Positions 29,704 through 39,445 of a DNA stretch of 64,000 nt are shown here, one piece after another. The stretch's first letter is position 1; every line of letters begins with the position of its first letter. The notes below the pieces were generated by a model. It made no database searches, was not told where the DNA came from, and worked only from the letters and a program-made list of their open reading frames with translations. Origin of the DNA: an uncultured Spirochaetota bacterium (GTDB taxonomy: Bacteria; Spirochaetota; UBA4802; UBA5550). The stretch lies in contig CAWHAA010000004.1 of assembly GCA_963827275.1 (NCBI GenBank), positions 64,001 through 128,000 on the forward strand. The letters are read 5' to 3'. The position numbers were made by a program, and so were the translations under genes.

Positions 29704-30702
29704 CTACCACGGAATAAACTTGTACAGCTTGGCGAACATCTCGTACACCTCGATCCAGTTCTGAAAGTCCCTGGTCGAGCGCATGTGCGCCCGCTTGTTC
29801 ACCATGACCCAGCTCATGTGCGCGGCGCCGTCCTTGCAGGTGGAGCAGTCCCGTGTCTCTGAGGTGCAGCAGCGGTGCATCGTTTTAAGGTCGGCCGCCC
29901 ACCTGATGAATTCGATGAGGCGCTTCGGCTGCGGGTTGCGCTTGTCCAGGGGCTTCGTCACCGAGGGGCACTCGTTCCAGCCGAAGGGACGGCCGAGCAT
30001 AGTGCCGGTAGTAATGATTTCATGATAGTATTTCGAGGAGATCACGGTGTCCGGGTACCGGTCGAGCATATCGTCCATCTCGATCCGGAGCGCCGCAAGC
30101 TCATCATCCTTCCAGGAGAAGCCGTCCACGCCCTCGTCATTGGAGAGGAGCTGCATGTGCACCTTCAGGCCGACATCGGCGATTTTTTTTATGATGCGCT
30201 CGATCTTGCCGACTTGCTTCGGGGTGATGGTGTAGAGATAGTAGGTGTAGGGATCGCCCGCGTAATTTTTGCTCGAGATGGAGAAGACGTCGCGGCCGCG
30301 CAGGGTCTTCTCGTCCTCCTCGTCGCCCCAGAGCGATATCCCCACCATCATGTCGGGGAAACGGTCGCGCGGAACCTTGATGATGCCGTTGGTGGCGCAG
30401 TAGGTGGGGAGGCGCGTATAGAAGGCCTCGACCCGGTCCAGGAAGAGGGTCGGCTCGCCGCCGATCAGGATCGCCAGGTTGACACCGCGCTCTTTTTCAC
30501 TGTCGACGAATTCTTCCCACTTGCGGATGTCCGGCTCGTCCGGCGATTTTTTGTGCTCGTCCGACGAGAAGAAGAAGCAGCCCTTGCAGCGCAGGTTGCA
30601 GTTGTTGGTAACGTCGTATATCGAGCTGCGTATGTTCAGGTTCGATATGCGCCGGTATCGTTCATGCCAATCTTTATCAAGCAGAGAACTGACGGTATTC
30701 AT
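29704..30702 (-). CDS. radical SAM protein (no B12 domain)
   Basis: CNLRCKGC, GGEP, and C-terminal Cys cluster (CC...CSTC). Confidence 0.88.
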   Translation of the reverse strand: MNTVSSLLDKDWHERYRRISNLNIRSSIYDVTNNCNLRCKGCFFFSSDEHKKSPDEPDIRKWEEFVDSEKERGVNLAILIGGEPTLFLDRVEAFYTRLPTYCATNGIIKVPRDRFPDMMVGISLWGDEEDEKTLRGRDVFSISSKNYAGDPYTYYLYTITPKQVGKIERIIKKIADVGLKVHMQLLSNDEGVDGFSWKDDELAALRIEMDDMLDRYPDTVISSKYYHEIITTGTMLGRPFGWNECPSVTKPLDKRNPQPKRLIEFIRWAADLKTMHRCCTSETRDCSTCKDGAAHMSWVMVNKRAHMRSTRDFQNWIEVYEMFAKLYKFIPW

Positions 30703-30713
30703 GTGTTGCTCCT

Positions 30714-31805
30714 TTACAGCGTGAACCCGGGCGGCGGGGTCATGCGGTCCAGCAGGTTATTGCTTTTCTCGTACCCCATGACCCAGACCGCGAGGTAGGT
30801 GTCCACGTAATCGAGCCACGCCTTGAAGGCCTCCGGGTCGGTCGCGTGGCGGTAGAGCCGCGCCGTGACTACGGCGCTTCCCGCCGCGTAGTGCCGGCAG
30901 TCGGCGCAGTCGGTGTCCGGCACGCAGCAGGCCGCGCTCCGGTCCCAGGTGAGGTCGGTCCGGTACTGCCGGAACGACCTGCCCAGGCCGATATCGGTTG
31001 ACTGGTTCATCCGCGGATACGAGCAGCTGAAAAGGTCATGCAGCCCCTTCTCATGCGTGTGAGCGGTCACGTTGTATGGTGAATAGAGGATATGGTCCGG
31101 GTATGTTACAAGGACGTCCATCATGGCCTTCCGCGTCCGCTCGAGCGACCCGATGTCGTGGCGGAGCCCGCCGGTATAGCCGACCGGCGCCGAAAAGACG
31201 TTAAAGGTGGCCCTGCACCCGTTGCGCGACAGGGTTTCCGCCACCTCGTATATCTCGTCAATGTTCTCCCTGGTGAAGGTGTACACCCACACGGCGCGCG
31301 GGTCGCCGCGGTAGTTTTCTATCTGTTTCATCAACAGGTGCTTCGCGTTTCGGACCCGGAGGCTGGTTTCGTCATTTCCCCACACGGAGATATGGATCTT
31401 GTAGCCGACCGACCCGGGAATGCGTTTGAAGCCGTTGGTGGCGATGCTGCCGAGCGGGATGACGTCATAGCACACCTGGCAGAGTTCAGGGACGAGCGAC
31501 GGCTCCGCGCCGGCCAGCACGACGTAGGTGATGCCGCGCTTTTTCTCCGCTTCCATCAGGGCGCGCCATTCCCCGGGGTTCCCGTTTTCCTTCGCGAACT
31601 GCTTGGCCCCCTCGAAGTAATAGCACCCGTCGCAGCGGATGTTGCACCGGTTAGACATGTCATAGGTGGATTCCCTGAGGAAAAACCAGGCGCGCACCTT
31701 TTCCCACCGCTCGCGCACTGCCGGCTCGGCGATAATTTCTGAAAATTTCATCTTTTCCCCGGCGGGCGGGACGCCCGGCCCGGGTTTTGTCTGTTTTGCG
31801 TTCAT
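30714..31805 (-). CDS. radical SAM protein (no B12 domain), paralog of 29704-30702
   Basis: CNIRCDGC, GAEP, and C-terminal CC...CADC. Confidence 0.88.
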   Translation of the reverse strand: MNAKQTKPGPGVPPAGEKMKFSEIIAEPAVRERWEKVRAWFFLRESTYDMSNRCNIRCDGCYYFEGAKQFAKENGNPGEWRALMEAEKKRGITYVVLAGAEPSLVPELCQVCYDVIPLGSIATNGFKRIPGSVGYKIHISVWGNDETSLRVRNAKHLLMKQIENYRGDPRAVWVYTFTRENIDEIYEVAETLSRNGCRATFNVFSAPVGYTGGLRHDIGSLERTRKAMMDVLVTYPDHILYSPYNVTAHTHEKGLHDLFSCSYPRMNQSTDIGLGRSFRQYRTDLTWDRSAACCVPDTDCADCRHYAAGSAVVTARLYRHATDPEAFKAWLDYVDTYLAVWVMGYEKSNNLLDRMTPPPGFTL

Positions 31806-31836
31806 GATCTGTTCCCGGGATGGACCTGCCGCAGGA

Positions 31837-32094
31837 TTATTTTTCCTTCAACTTCTGTTCGATATATTCCGCGATCAATTTCACGTTCTTCAGCTTCGGG
31901 TAGTCGTCTTCGTCTATGATGATGCCGTATTCGTCCTGGAGCACCAGGACAACGGTGGTCAGGTCCATGCTGTCGATGCCGAGCTCGTCCACGAGGTCCA
32001 CCTCGGGCGCGAAGGTTTCGGGCGTGACGTCTTCAAGCTTCAGCTCATCGATAAGGATTTCCGCCACGCGGATAACTATCTTCTTGTCAGCCAT
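31837..32094 (-). CDS. acyl carrier protein
   Basis: Acidic 85-aa protein with LGIDSMD; GGAGG RBS. Confidence 0.93.
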   Translation of the reverse strand: MADKKIVIRVAEILIDELKLEDVTPETFAPEVDLVDELGIDSMDLTTVVLVLQDEYGIIIDEDDYPKLKNVKLIAEYIEQKLKEK

Positions 32095-32136
32095 ATGCTA
32101 TCGTCCTCCAGTGGATCATTCAATTAAGGAAAGGGC

Positions 32137-32508
32137 TCAATCTTTGCGCGGCGCCGTCACCATGGTGCCGTTGCACGCGACCTGCCCGTTAACCGTCACC
32201 CTGAACTTGTACGCGGCAGGATCATTCGCATCCGGCTCCGCGGTGCACCTGATCGTGTCTGATGGCCTGATCATCTGCCTGAACCGTACCCGCTTTATCG
32301 CGACGATTTCGATGTGCCGGCCGCCCCGTGCCGCGTTTTCACGCAGCATGTCGGAAACGATCGCGAGCTGCGCGATGCCGGGAAGAATCGGTGAGCCGGG
32401 GAAATGGCCGTCGAACCAGAGAGAATCAGGGGCCACTGTCGTTTCGGCTGATATCTCGATTGAATCGGACTCATACAGGTTCTTCAACTGGTGCCAGGTC
32501 GTGTTCAT
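32137..32508 (-). CDS. 3-hydroxyacyl-ACP dehydratase (FabZ/ApeI-like hotdog)
   Basis: WFDGHFPGSPILPGIAQ. Confidence 0.85.
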   Translation of the reverse strand: MNTTWHQLKNLYESDSIEISAETTVAPDSLWFDGHFPGSPILPGIAQLAIVSDMLRENAARGGRHIEIVAIKRVRFRQMIRPSDTIRCTAEPDANDPAAYKFRVTVNGQVACNGTMVTAPRKD

Positions 32509-32635
32509 TCGGGTGCATTGCGCGTTCAGCCGGTGCGCGTGCCTTGCCTATACAAATTAAATTTTTTATCCATTCGACGCGTTAAAGGCGAGTTTACTAC
32601 AATAAAAGGCGACGGGCATGTCAAGAAAAAAAACT

Positions 32636-34108
32636 TCAGCCCGGGGTGTGCTGTCTGCGCGCCAGCACTTCCAGCAGGATGCCGCCCGCGCAAGGCATCC
32701 TCAATACGTGGGTGGCGGTTCGCTCCGGGGCGAAACCGGCAGCGATGAGGTCCTTTCGGACGCCCCGTTCTGTCCTGGCGTGCAGCCATATGCCCTGGCG
32801 CATCGCATTGCCCACCTGGGTGAATAACCTGAAAAATGAGCGGTGCGCCGTGGTGAAGTAAAAGACGCCGCCCGGCCGCACGTGCGCCGCTACCGTCTTA
32901 AACAGCGCGCCGAGGTCGGGGATGTATTCGAATGATGAGAAGGAACAGACCGCGTCATAGGGTCCCGGGAGGGCCGCTGACCCGATGTCCCCCTGCAGGG
33001 GGATGATGTTCTCGATACGCTCTTTCGCGGCTTTTTCCGAAAGCGCGGCAAGCATGCCGGCGGAGAGATCGACCGCGGTGACCTCGCGGCACCTCCGGGC
33101 GATCGGAATGGTGAAGATGCCGGTGCCGGCGCCGATTTCAAGGACACGGTCGCCCGGCCCTACCAGTCCCAGGAAATTTTCCCCGAACAGCTCCCGCTCC
33201 TTCACCGCGGCCGGCGGAGCGCCCGGGCCGCCCTGCGCTTCGTCGTAGCTGCGGGCAATGCCGTCGTAAAAGGAGTGCACCGGGCCGGCGGCGGGCCGGC
33301 CGGGGCCCGCGGTCATGACCTGGCGTTCCAGCAGGGACGAGAGGGGGACGATCTCCAGTCCCTTTATTTTAAGGCCGGAGAGCACCTTTTCCATTTCACC
33401 GAGCCACCGGTCCGCATCGAAGCTGCTTCCCGGCGCGACATCATGGAGGAGGATGATATCGCCCGCCCGCGCTCTTTTTAAAATTTTTTCCGAGAGCGCG
33501 CTGATCCTGCGGTTGCCGGCGTCGCGGGCGCGGCAGCTGAAATTGACGCAGAACATCCCTGCCCCGAGCAGGACGCGCCAGAGCCGGGGGCTGGTGATCC
33601 CCACCGGCGGCCGGAACGCGAGAGGCGTGACGCCGGCTTTCCGCAGTTCGGACTGCGCGGCCGCGATCTCGTCCCGCAGCGCCGCGGCGCCCTTCAGCAT
33701 GAGCAGCGGAGAATGATTGCAGGAATGGTTCCCGATTTCGTGCCCGCGCGCGAGGATCTCCCGCACCAGGCCGGGATATGCTTCCGCGCGCCGGCCGGTG
33801 ACGAAAAATGCGGCGTGGACGCCGTGCCGCGCCAGGAGGTCAAGGAGCCGGGGCGTCGTCGCAGGGTCAGGCCCGTCGTCGAAGGTGAGCGCGACCGCGG
33901 CGCGCGTCGTGTCTCCCCGGCTGATCACCGGGAGAAAAAATTTCGAGCGGGGGAAGAAGGGCGCGGCGAGGCAGGCGAGGACGAAGAGAACGAGCGGCGC
34001 CGCGGCGAAACGGAGGTCGACGAACGCGAGCGCGGCCGCAAGCTGGAACGCGCCGATGCCCGCAAGGTGGGCGGGGGCAAGCGGGACGAGTGTCGGGCCC
34101 GCGCTCAT
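32636..34108 (-). CDS. polysaccharide deacetylase fused to class I SAM methyltransferase
   Basis: N-terminal TM; TFDDGP, HEIGNHS, FRPP and LLHD; then LEIGAGTG and VDLS. Confidence 0.85.
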   Translation of the reverse strand: MSAGPTLVPLAPAHLAGIGAFQLAAALAFVDLRFAAAPLVLFVLACLAAPFFPRSKFFLPVISRGDTTRAAVALTFDDGPDPATTPRLLDLLARHGVHAAFFVTGRRAEAYPGLVREILARGHEIGNHSCNHSPLLMLKGAAALRDEIAAAQSELRKAGVTPLAFRPPVGITSPRLWRVLLGAGMFCVNFSCRARDAGNRRISALSEKILKRARAGDIILLHDVAPGSSFDADRWLGEMEKVLSGLKIKGLEIVPLSSLLERQVMTAGPGRPAAGPVHSFYDGIARSYDEAQGGPGAPPAAVKERELFGENFLGLVGPGDRVLEIGAGTGIFTIPIARRCREVTAVDLSAGMLAALSEKAAKERIENIIPLQGDIGSAALPGPYDAVCSFSSFEYIPDLGALFKTVAAHVRPGGVFYFTTAHRSFFRLFTQVGNAMRQGIWLHARTERGVRKDLIAAGFAPERTATHVLRMPCAGGILLEVLARRQHTPG

Positions 34109-35448
34109 CTGATCATGTGCTCCCAGAGCGGCCCGGCGTGGCCCTGCTTGTGGAGGCGCGCCACGAGCCGGGTGGTGTGCCTCCCGCCCGCGCCGACGAA
34201 CCAGTTTTCCCTGCCGCGCGCCCGTTCCTCAACGAGTGCGTAGATCTCGTCGCTCCCGATCTCCCTGGATTGGTAGAAGACCGGCTCGAGCAGGTCTTCC
34301 GCCGCCGCGATCTGCCCTTCTTCAAGCGCGATGTCGTAGAGCTTCGTGTGCGGGTAGATCCTGATCCCGCAGAAGAAAAAGATCACGGTGCGCTCGAGCC
34401 GCTCCGCGTTTGCAAGAGTTGCCTCCACCGTGTCGCGCGTTTCGCCCGGCCCTCCCAGGAGGAGGTAGTGCGCGGCGTAGAGGCCCGCGCCGGTCGCGGC
34501 CCGGTGCGCTTCATACACGTCATCCACGCCAAAGGGCTTCCGGTACGAGGCGAGCATGGGAGCGGAGAGGGACTCGGTACCGAACTCGGCGTGGGTCATG
34601 CCCGCGTCCCGGAGGAGCCGGTAGTAGTCCGCCGGCGGCTTCGTGGGCGCGACGAAGGCGCCCCATGGGATGGCAACGCCTTTCTTCATGAACGCCCGGG
34701 CCACCTCCGCGCTGTGGGCATAGTCGCAGTTGAACGCTGAATCGGTGATGAAGAAATATTTCGCGCCCGCGCGCTCGAGGGAGAGCGCCGTGTCCGCTAT
34801 TTCATCCGCGGGCACCGGCCGGAGCGCGGACCCCTCGATGTGGGGATAGGTGCAGTAGATGCAGTTATATGAGCAGCCGCGCTTGGTCTGGAGGTTCAGC
34901 ATGCCGCCGTGCTCGATGTAAAATTGCGCGATCGGGCCCCCGTCGAAGCTCCTCCCGAACCGGCTATCAAGCGGCGGGGGATAGGCGCTGCCGGATGACC
35001 GGGTGATGACGCCCGGCAGCGCGGCGGGGTCTTTCTTTTCTTCGAGGGCGTCAAGGAGAAGCGCCATGCGCTCTCCTTCGCCGATGATCCCGTAATCGGC
35101 CCCCAGGGCCTTCATCATCTGCTCGGGGAAGATGGTGAAGCCGCTCCCGCCGAGGACGATCGGCGCGCCTGAATGCGCCCGTATCGCATCAACGAGCTCG
35201 CGGTACCGCGCGACGTAGCCCCGTGACTCATGCACATCCGTGTTATCGATGTTACGGAGGGATATGCCGATCACGTCCGGGCCGAACTCCCTGATACTGT
35301 CGAGTATGCTGCCGGCGCCGCCTGCCGGGTTGATGTCCGCCCGCTTCACCTCGTGCCGCGTCAGGGCGCCGGCGACATAGTCGAGCCCCAGGGGATAGAT
35401 GTAGTAGGGCGCGCGCACGGTGTTGGCTGATATGAGAAGTACTTTCAT
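34105..35448 (-). CDS. lipid-biosynthesis B12-binding radical SAM protein
   Basis: YPLGL, SLRNIDN, QTKRGCSYNCIYCTYP; resembles the B12/radical SAM family found in ladderane-like clusters. Confidence 0.85.
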   Translation of the reverse strand: MKVLLISANTVRAPYYIYPLGLDYVAGALTRHEVKRADINPAGGAGSILDSIREFGPDVIGISLRNIDNTDVHESRGYVARYRELVDAIRAHSGAPIVLGGSGFTIFPEQMMKALGADYGIIGEGERMALLLDALEEKKDPAALPGVITRSSGSAYPPPLDSRFGRSFDGGPIAQFYIEHGGMLNLQTKRGCSYNCIYCTYPHIEGSALRPVPADEIADTALSLERAGAKYFFITDSAFNCDYAHSAEVARAFMKKGVAIPWGAFVAPTKPPADYYRLLRDAGMTHAEFGTESLSAPMLASYRKPFGVDDVYEAHRAATGAGLYAAHYLLLGGPGETRDTVEATLANAERLERTVIFFFCGIRIYPHTKLYDIALEEGQIAAAEDLLEPVFYQSREIGSDEIYALVEERARGRENWFVGAGGRHTTRLVARLHKQGHAGPLWEHMIR

Positions 35449-37613
35449 CGTTCCTTCGCGGTAATTTCGAATGCGGTCACGAAGGGCCCGAGGCCGAGCA
35501 CGAGTATGCCCGTTTCGCCGAGCGGGCGGTCGGCGCCGCCGGCGATCGCGCCGGGCAGTATCCCCTCACCGGCGAGGCGCGCCGCTACCGCTGCCGCCGC
35601 GGCCGACGACGAGGCAAATTCTCCCAGCAGCGCACGGTAGTCGATGACCGGGCCGGCGAAGCCGGCGGTGGCAATAAATGCCCGGAGCTGTGTTTCGCAG
35701 GTTTCGCGCGATGCGCCCGGCAGGCCGGCAAATACCGCGGCGTAGGCTGCCCTGATCCGCGCCGGCCCGCCCAGGACCGAGACGAGAGAATCGATGACGC
35801 CGGGATTCCCCGACGCATTCTCGAAAAAGAGGGGGGTGATGCCCGTATTTGAGTGAGCGTCAGACCGTTTCAGGACAAGGGCGCCGCCGCCGTCAGCGGG
35901 GACAGCCGCGCGCCGGGCCGATCCGTCGAAGAGCGGCGACAGGATCTCATGGTGCTCGTCGGCGCCCATCACGAGAAGATCGCCGCCGCCCGCGGCAAGG
36001 GTGGCGGCCAAGAGGGCCTCCTCGAAGGAGTAATCGCCGCCGGTGACGGTGATGTTGGCCCCGGTCGCCTTGAGCCAGATGGCCGCCTGGCCGGCCGGCG
36101 CGTTGTGCACGGAGCCCACGAAGTCGGTCGGGCTGGTGTACTGCTCGTCCGATTCGAACAGCTTTGAGAGAAAGTCGTGCGTCTCCGACAGGGGCCCCCA
36201 GGCCGTGCCGAAAAAGATATCGGACGGGGAGCCGGCGCCGCTGGCGCGCGCGTCCATCGCCAGGGAGACCGCGAGCCGCGGCAGGCGCTTGAGGCGCCTG
36301 ACGTCCCGGGGCGGGAGCTTCTTCGATATATCGGCGAGCGGCAGGAGGCCGCGGCATTCCTTTCCTTCTTTCAGGTTCGCGATCGTCGCGTCAAGGTCGC
36401 CCGCGCCGGTCACGCAGGAGGCACCCCGCACCTCAAAGCGCGATGTAGCGCGCTTCGGCCGGGGAGCGCGGTCCGCGGCCGGTGTGCCGAGGACCAGGCA
36501 GGCGTTGTTGCCGCCGAAACCGAGGGAGTTTGAGAGCACTGCGGATATTTTCAATTCGCGCGGTTCAAGGAGTGGCGTGACGCCAAGGTCCGGGTCCGGC
36601 TCGGAGCACCCGGTGTTGGCGGGCAGGAAGCCGTCCCGGAGGGCGATGGAGCATATCACCGCCTCTATGGCGCCGGCCGCTGCGAGGGAATGGCCGGTGG
36701 CGCCCTTGACTGACGAGAGGGGGGGATGGTCCGCGCCGAAGAGGGAGCGGACCGCGCGGCTTTCGGCGCGGTCATTGTCGACGGTGCCGGTCCCGTGGAG
36801 ATTGATATAGCCGATGTCGGCGGCGGGGACCCCCGCGTCACCGATGGCCGCTGTCATCGCGGCGAGGGCCCCCTCGCCGTCGGGGTGGGGGCTTGCCGGG
36901 TGGTAGGCGTCGCAGCTCAATCCCCCGCCGATGACCTCGGCGATCGCGTGCGCCGGTACGGATTCCGCGGCCTCGAGCAGGAGCATGGCGGCGCCCTCGG
37001 CAACGGACATGCCGCGGCGCGAGCGGTCGAGGGGCCGCGCCCCGGACGGGTCGATGAGCTGCAGCGAATTAAACCCGTAGTAGGTGAGGCGGCAGAGGGC
37101 GTCAGCCCCGCCGGCGATCACGCGCCGCGCCTTCCCGCTCCTGATCAATTCAAGCGCGAGGATGATTGCGGCGGTCCCTGACGAGCAGGCGGTGGTTATT
37201 GTGAGGACGGGCCCGCGGCACCCGAACGCGCCGGCGATATATTCTGCGACGGATGAGGTCGAATGATACCGGTAGGCGGCGGGGACAGTCTCCCCGGCGC
37301 GCAGGAGCTCCTCGGTACGCGGCATGCCGCCGGTGGTGGTGCCGATAATGACCGCGTCGGGAACGATGTCCTTCCCCGGACAGGCTTCCTGCGCCGCTGC
37401 AAGCGCAAACCGGTGCGTGCGCGGCATCATGGGTTCGGGCAGGTCGCCGGTGAATTCCCCCGCGGGGAGAATGTTCCCCGGCGATACGGGAAAGAGGCCG
37501 ATCGGCCTGATGCCGGAGCGGTTTTTTTTCAGCGCGTCGCGATGCGCCTCCGCGCCGTTTCCCAGCGGGCTCAGGACGCCCATGCCCGTGATGAAGACCC
37601 TGACGCCGTCCAC
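35445..37613 (-). CDS. ketosynthase fused to chain-length-factor-like domain
   Basis: N-half has TACSSG, NLHGTGT, KGATGH and SNSLGFGG. C-half has RRL, SPTDFVGSVHNA and no evident catalytic Cys/His. Confidence 0.85.
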   Translation of the reverse strand: MDGVRVFITGMGVLSPLGNGAEAHRDALKKNRSGIRPIGLFPVSPGNILPAGEFTGDLPEPMMPRTHRFALAAAQEACPGKDIVPDAVIIGTTTGGMPRTEELLRAGETVPAAYRYHSTSSVAEYIAGAFGCRGPVLTITTACSSGTAAIILALELIRSGKARRVIAGGADALCRLTYYGFNSLQLIDPSGARPLDRSRRGMSVAEGAAMLLLEAAESVPAHAIAEVIGGGLSCDAYHPASPHPDGEGALAAMTAAIGDAGVPAADIGYINLHGTGTVDNDRAESRAVRSLFGADHPPLSSVKGATGHSLAAAGAIEAVICSIALRDGFLPANTGCSEPDPDLGVTPLLEPRELKISAVLSNSLGFGGNNACLVLGTPAADRAPRPKRATSRFEVRGASCVTGAGDLDATIANLKEGKECRGLLPLADISKKLPPRDVRRLKRLPRLAVSLAMDARASGAGSPSDIFFGTAWGPLSETHDFLSKLFESDEQYTSPTDFVGSVHNAPAGQAAIWLKATGANITVTGGDYSFEEALLAATLAAGGGDLLVMGADEHHEILSPLFDGSARRAAVPADGGGALVLKRSDAHSNTGITPLFFENASGNPGVIDSLVSVLGGPARIRAAYAAVFAGLPGASRETCETQLRAFIATAGFAGPVIDYRALLGEFASSSAAAAAVAARLAGEGILPGAIAGGADRPLGETGILVLGLGPFVTAFEITAKER

Positions 37614-37620
37614 TGTGACG

Positions 37621-37878
37621 TCACCCCCTGCGGTGCGCGTGAATGTATTCCGCGAGCGTTTTCAGCGTCGTAAAGACCTTCTGTCCCAGCTCCTTGTTGT
37701 CGATCTTTATGCCGTAATCCCTGTCGATCATCATGGCAAGCTCGAGCACGTCGATCGAATCGAGGCCCAGCTTTCCGCCGACCAGCGGGTCGTCATCGAT
37801 GAAGTCCCGCGGGGTCACGTCGATCAGGTCCAGGGTGGTTATGATCTTGTCCTTGAGTTCAGCAAGCAATTCTTCCAT
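37621..37878 (-). CDS. acyl carrier protein
   Basis: LGLDSIDVLEL. Confidence 0.93.
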   Translation of the reverse strand: MEELLAELKDKIITTLDLIDVTPRDFIDDDPLVGGKLGLDSIDVLELAMMIDRDYGIKIDNKELGQKVFTTLKTLAEYIHAHRRG

Positions 37879-38020
37879 CTGAGACCTCGCATGTCGGGTA
37901 TCACAACAATATCGGAAAAGGGTTTTTGCTTATCGACGGTATGTCAAGATATTTTTATTGACATCAATCCTCCGGTGGCCGTAGGGTATCGTACCGCGCA
38001 GTGCGGGCAGGTGTTACAGA

Positions 38021-38446
38021 ATGATGAATATTGACATTGAAAAACTGCTTCCTCACCGGAATACGATGAAGCTCATCGGCGAGGTCGTCGAAGTCAACGA
38101 CGAGCGGTGCATCACCGCCTCGACCGTTTCGTCCCGGTGGCCCCTTTTTTCAGACGGGCATGTTGACCCCCTCATCCTTATCGAGCTCGCGGCCCAGACG
38201 GCCGGGGTGAATTTCGGGTGGCATGAAATGATGAACAATTCGCCCGTGGAGCAGCTGGGCTGGATCGTGGGGATAAAAAATGCGGAATTTTATCTGGGCC
38301 GGATACCCCTCGACGCGAAAATCGTTGTTTCCGTCGAAGAAAAAACCAAGAGCGACAACTACGTGGTGATTGCGGGTACGGCGCATGTCGGTCCTGAATG
38401 TATTGGAAGGATGGAGCTCCAGGTCTATCGCGCCGAATATGATTGA
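38021..38446 (+). CDS. hotdog dehydratase-like protein (ApeP-like)
   Basis: LLPHR-x-x-M and IELAAQT motifs. Confidence 0.8.
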   Translation: MMNIDIEKLLPHRNTMKLIGEVVEVNDERCITASTVSSRWPLFSDGHVDPLILIELAAQTAGVNFGWHEMMNNSPVEQLGWIVGIKNAEFYLGRIPLDAKIVVSVEEKTKSDNYVVIAGTAHVGPECIGRMELQVYRAEYD

Positions 38447-38466
38447 TACCAGGGAGGAGTAACGCG

Positions 38467-39204
38467 ATGAGCGAAGCAGCGGGAAAAAAAGTGGCCATCG
38501 TCACCGGCGGGAGCCGGGGCATCGGCCGCGCCATAGCCCTGGAGATGGCGCGCGCCGGCTACCATGTCATAATCAACTACCGCTCGAATGACGCTGCCGC
38601 CGCGGAGGTCCTCGGGTCCGTACAGGGCGCGGGGGGAACGGGGGAAATCGTGAAGTTTGACGTTTCCGATCCGGCGCAGGCCGCGCCTGCGATGGAAGAA
38701 ATTCTTGCGCGCCACCCCGTTATCGACGCGCTCGTGAACAACGCGGGGATCACCGCGGACAACCTCTTCCTCCTGATGTCGGAACAAGAATGGGACTCGG
38801 TGATCGCCACCACCCTGAAGGGCTTCTATAACATCACCAAGCCGGTGCTGAAAAAGATGCTCCGCCAGAAGCGGGGCTCGGTGGTTTCGATCGCGTCCGT
38901 GGCGGGGCTCGTGGGCAACAAGGGACAGGCGAACTACTCGGCGGCAAAGGCCGGGCTTATCGGCGCGAGCCGCTCCATCGCGTCAGAGCTGGCAAAAAAG
39001 AACGTCAGGGTGAACGTGGTGGCGCCCGGCCTCATCGAGACCGACATGATCAAGGAAGCGCCCGTTGAAATGATTAAGAACATTATCCCCATGGGGAGGA
39101 TCGGGAAGCCGGAGGAGGTGGCGAAGGTGGTGCGGTTCCTCTGCTCCGACGACGCCTCCTACATCACCGGGCAGGTGATCGGGGTCAACGGCGGGATGAT
39201 GTAG
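38467..39204 (+). CDS. fabG: 3-oxoacyl-ACP reductase
   Basis: TGGSRGIG, NNAGI, NYSAAK and VAPGLIET; GGAGG RBS. Confidence 0.93.
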   Translation: MSEAAGKKVAIVTGGSRGIGRAIALEMARAGYHVIINYRSNDAAAAEVLGSVQGAGGTGEIVKFDVSDPAQAAPAMEEILARHPVIDALVNNAGITADNLFLLMSEQEWDSVIATTLKGFYNITKPVLKKMLRQKRGSVVSIASVAGLVGNKGQANYSAAKAGLIGASRSIASELAKKNVRVNVVAPGLIETDMIKEAPVEMIKNIIPMGRIGKPEEVAKVVRFLCSDDASYITGQVIGVNGGMM

Positions 39205-39211
39205 ATTCACG

Positions 39212-39404
39212 CCCCCCTGTCCCCCGCAGGGGGCACGGATAATGGAGTTGAATTCCCCCCTGTCCCCCGCAGGGGGCACGAAAGAGGGGGCTGAGTATTA
39301 ATGATGAAGATATGAGAGATTTTGATCAGCTTTTTTAAGATCAAGAATTAATTAATAGATAAAGCTTAATCCTTCATGCCCCCTGCGGGGGATAGGGGAG
39401 AATT
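39212..39404. repeat. three copies of the 26-bp palindromic repeat; copies 2 and 3 form a MITE/REPIN-like element
   Basis: Identical CCCCCCTGTCCCCCGCAGGGGGCACG at 39212-39237 and 39255-39280. Inverted copy (3 mismatches) at 39375-39400. AATT at both outer ends of the inverted pair. Confidence 0.8.
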
Positions 39405-39445
39405 GATATGATTATGAATGTGGTCATGTGAGACGGGTGGTATTA

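Noticed and set aside
39212..39280. Possible CRISPR array (two identical 26-bp repeats)
   Set aside because: Only two direct copies, a 17-bp spacer, inverted and dispersed copies elsewhere, and no cas genes in the window.
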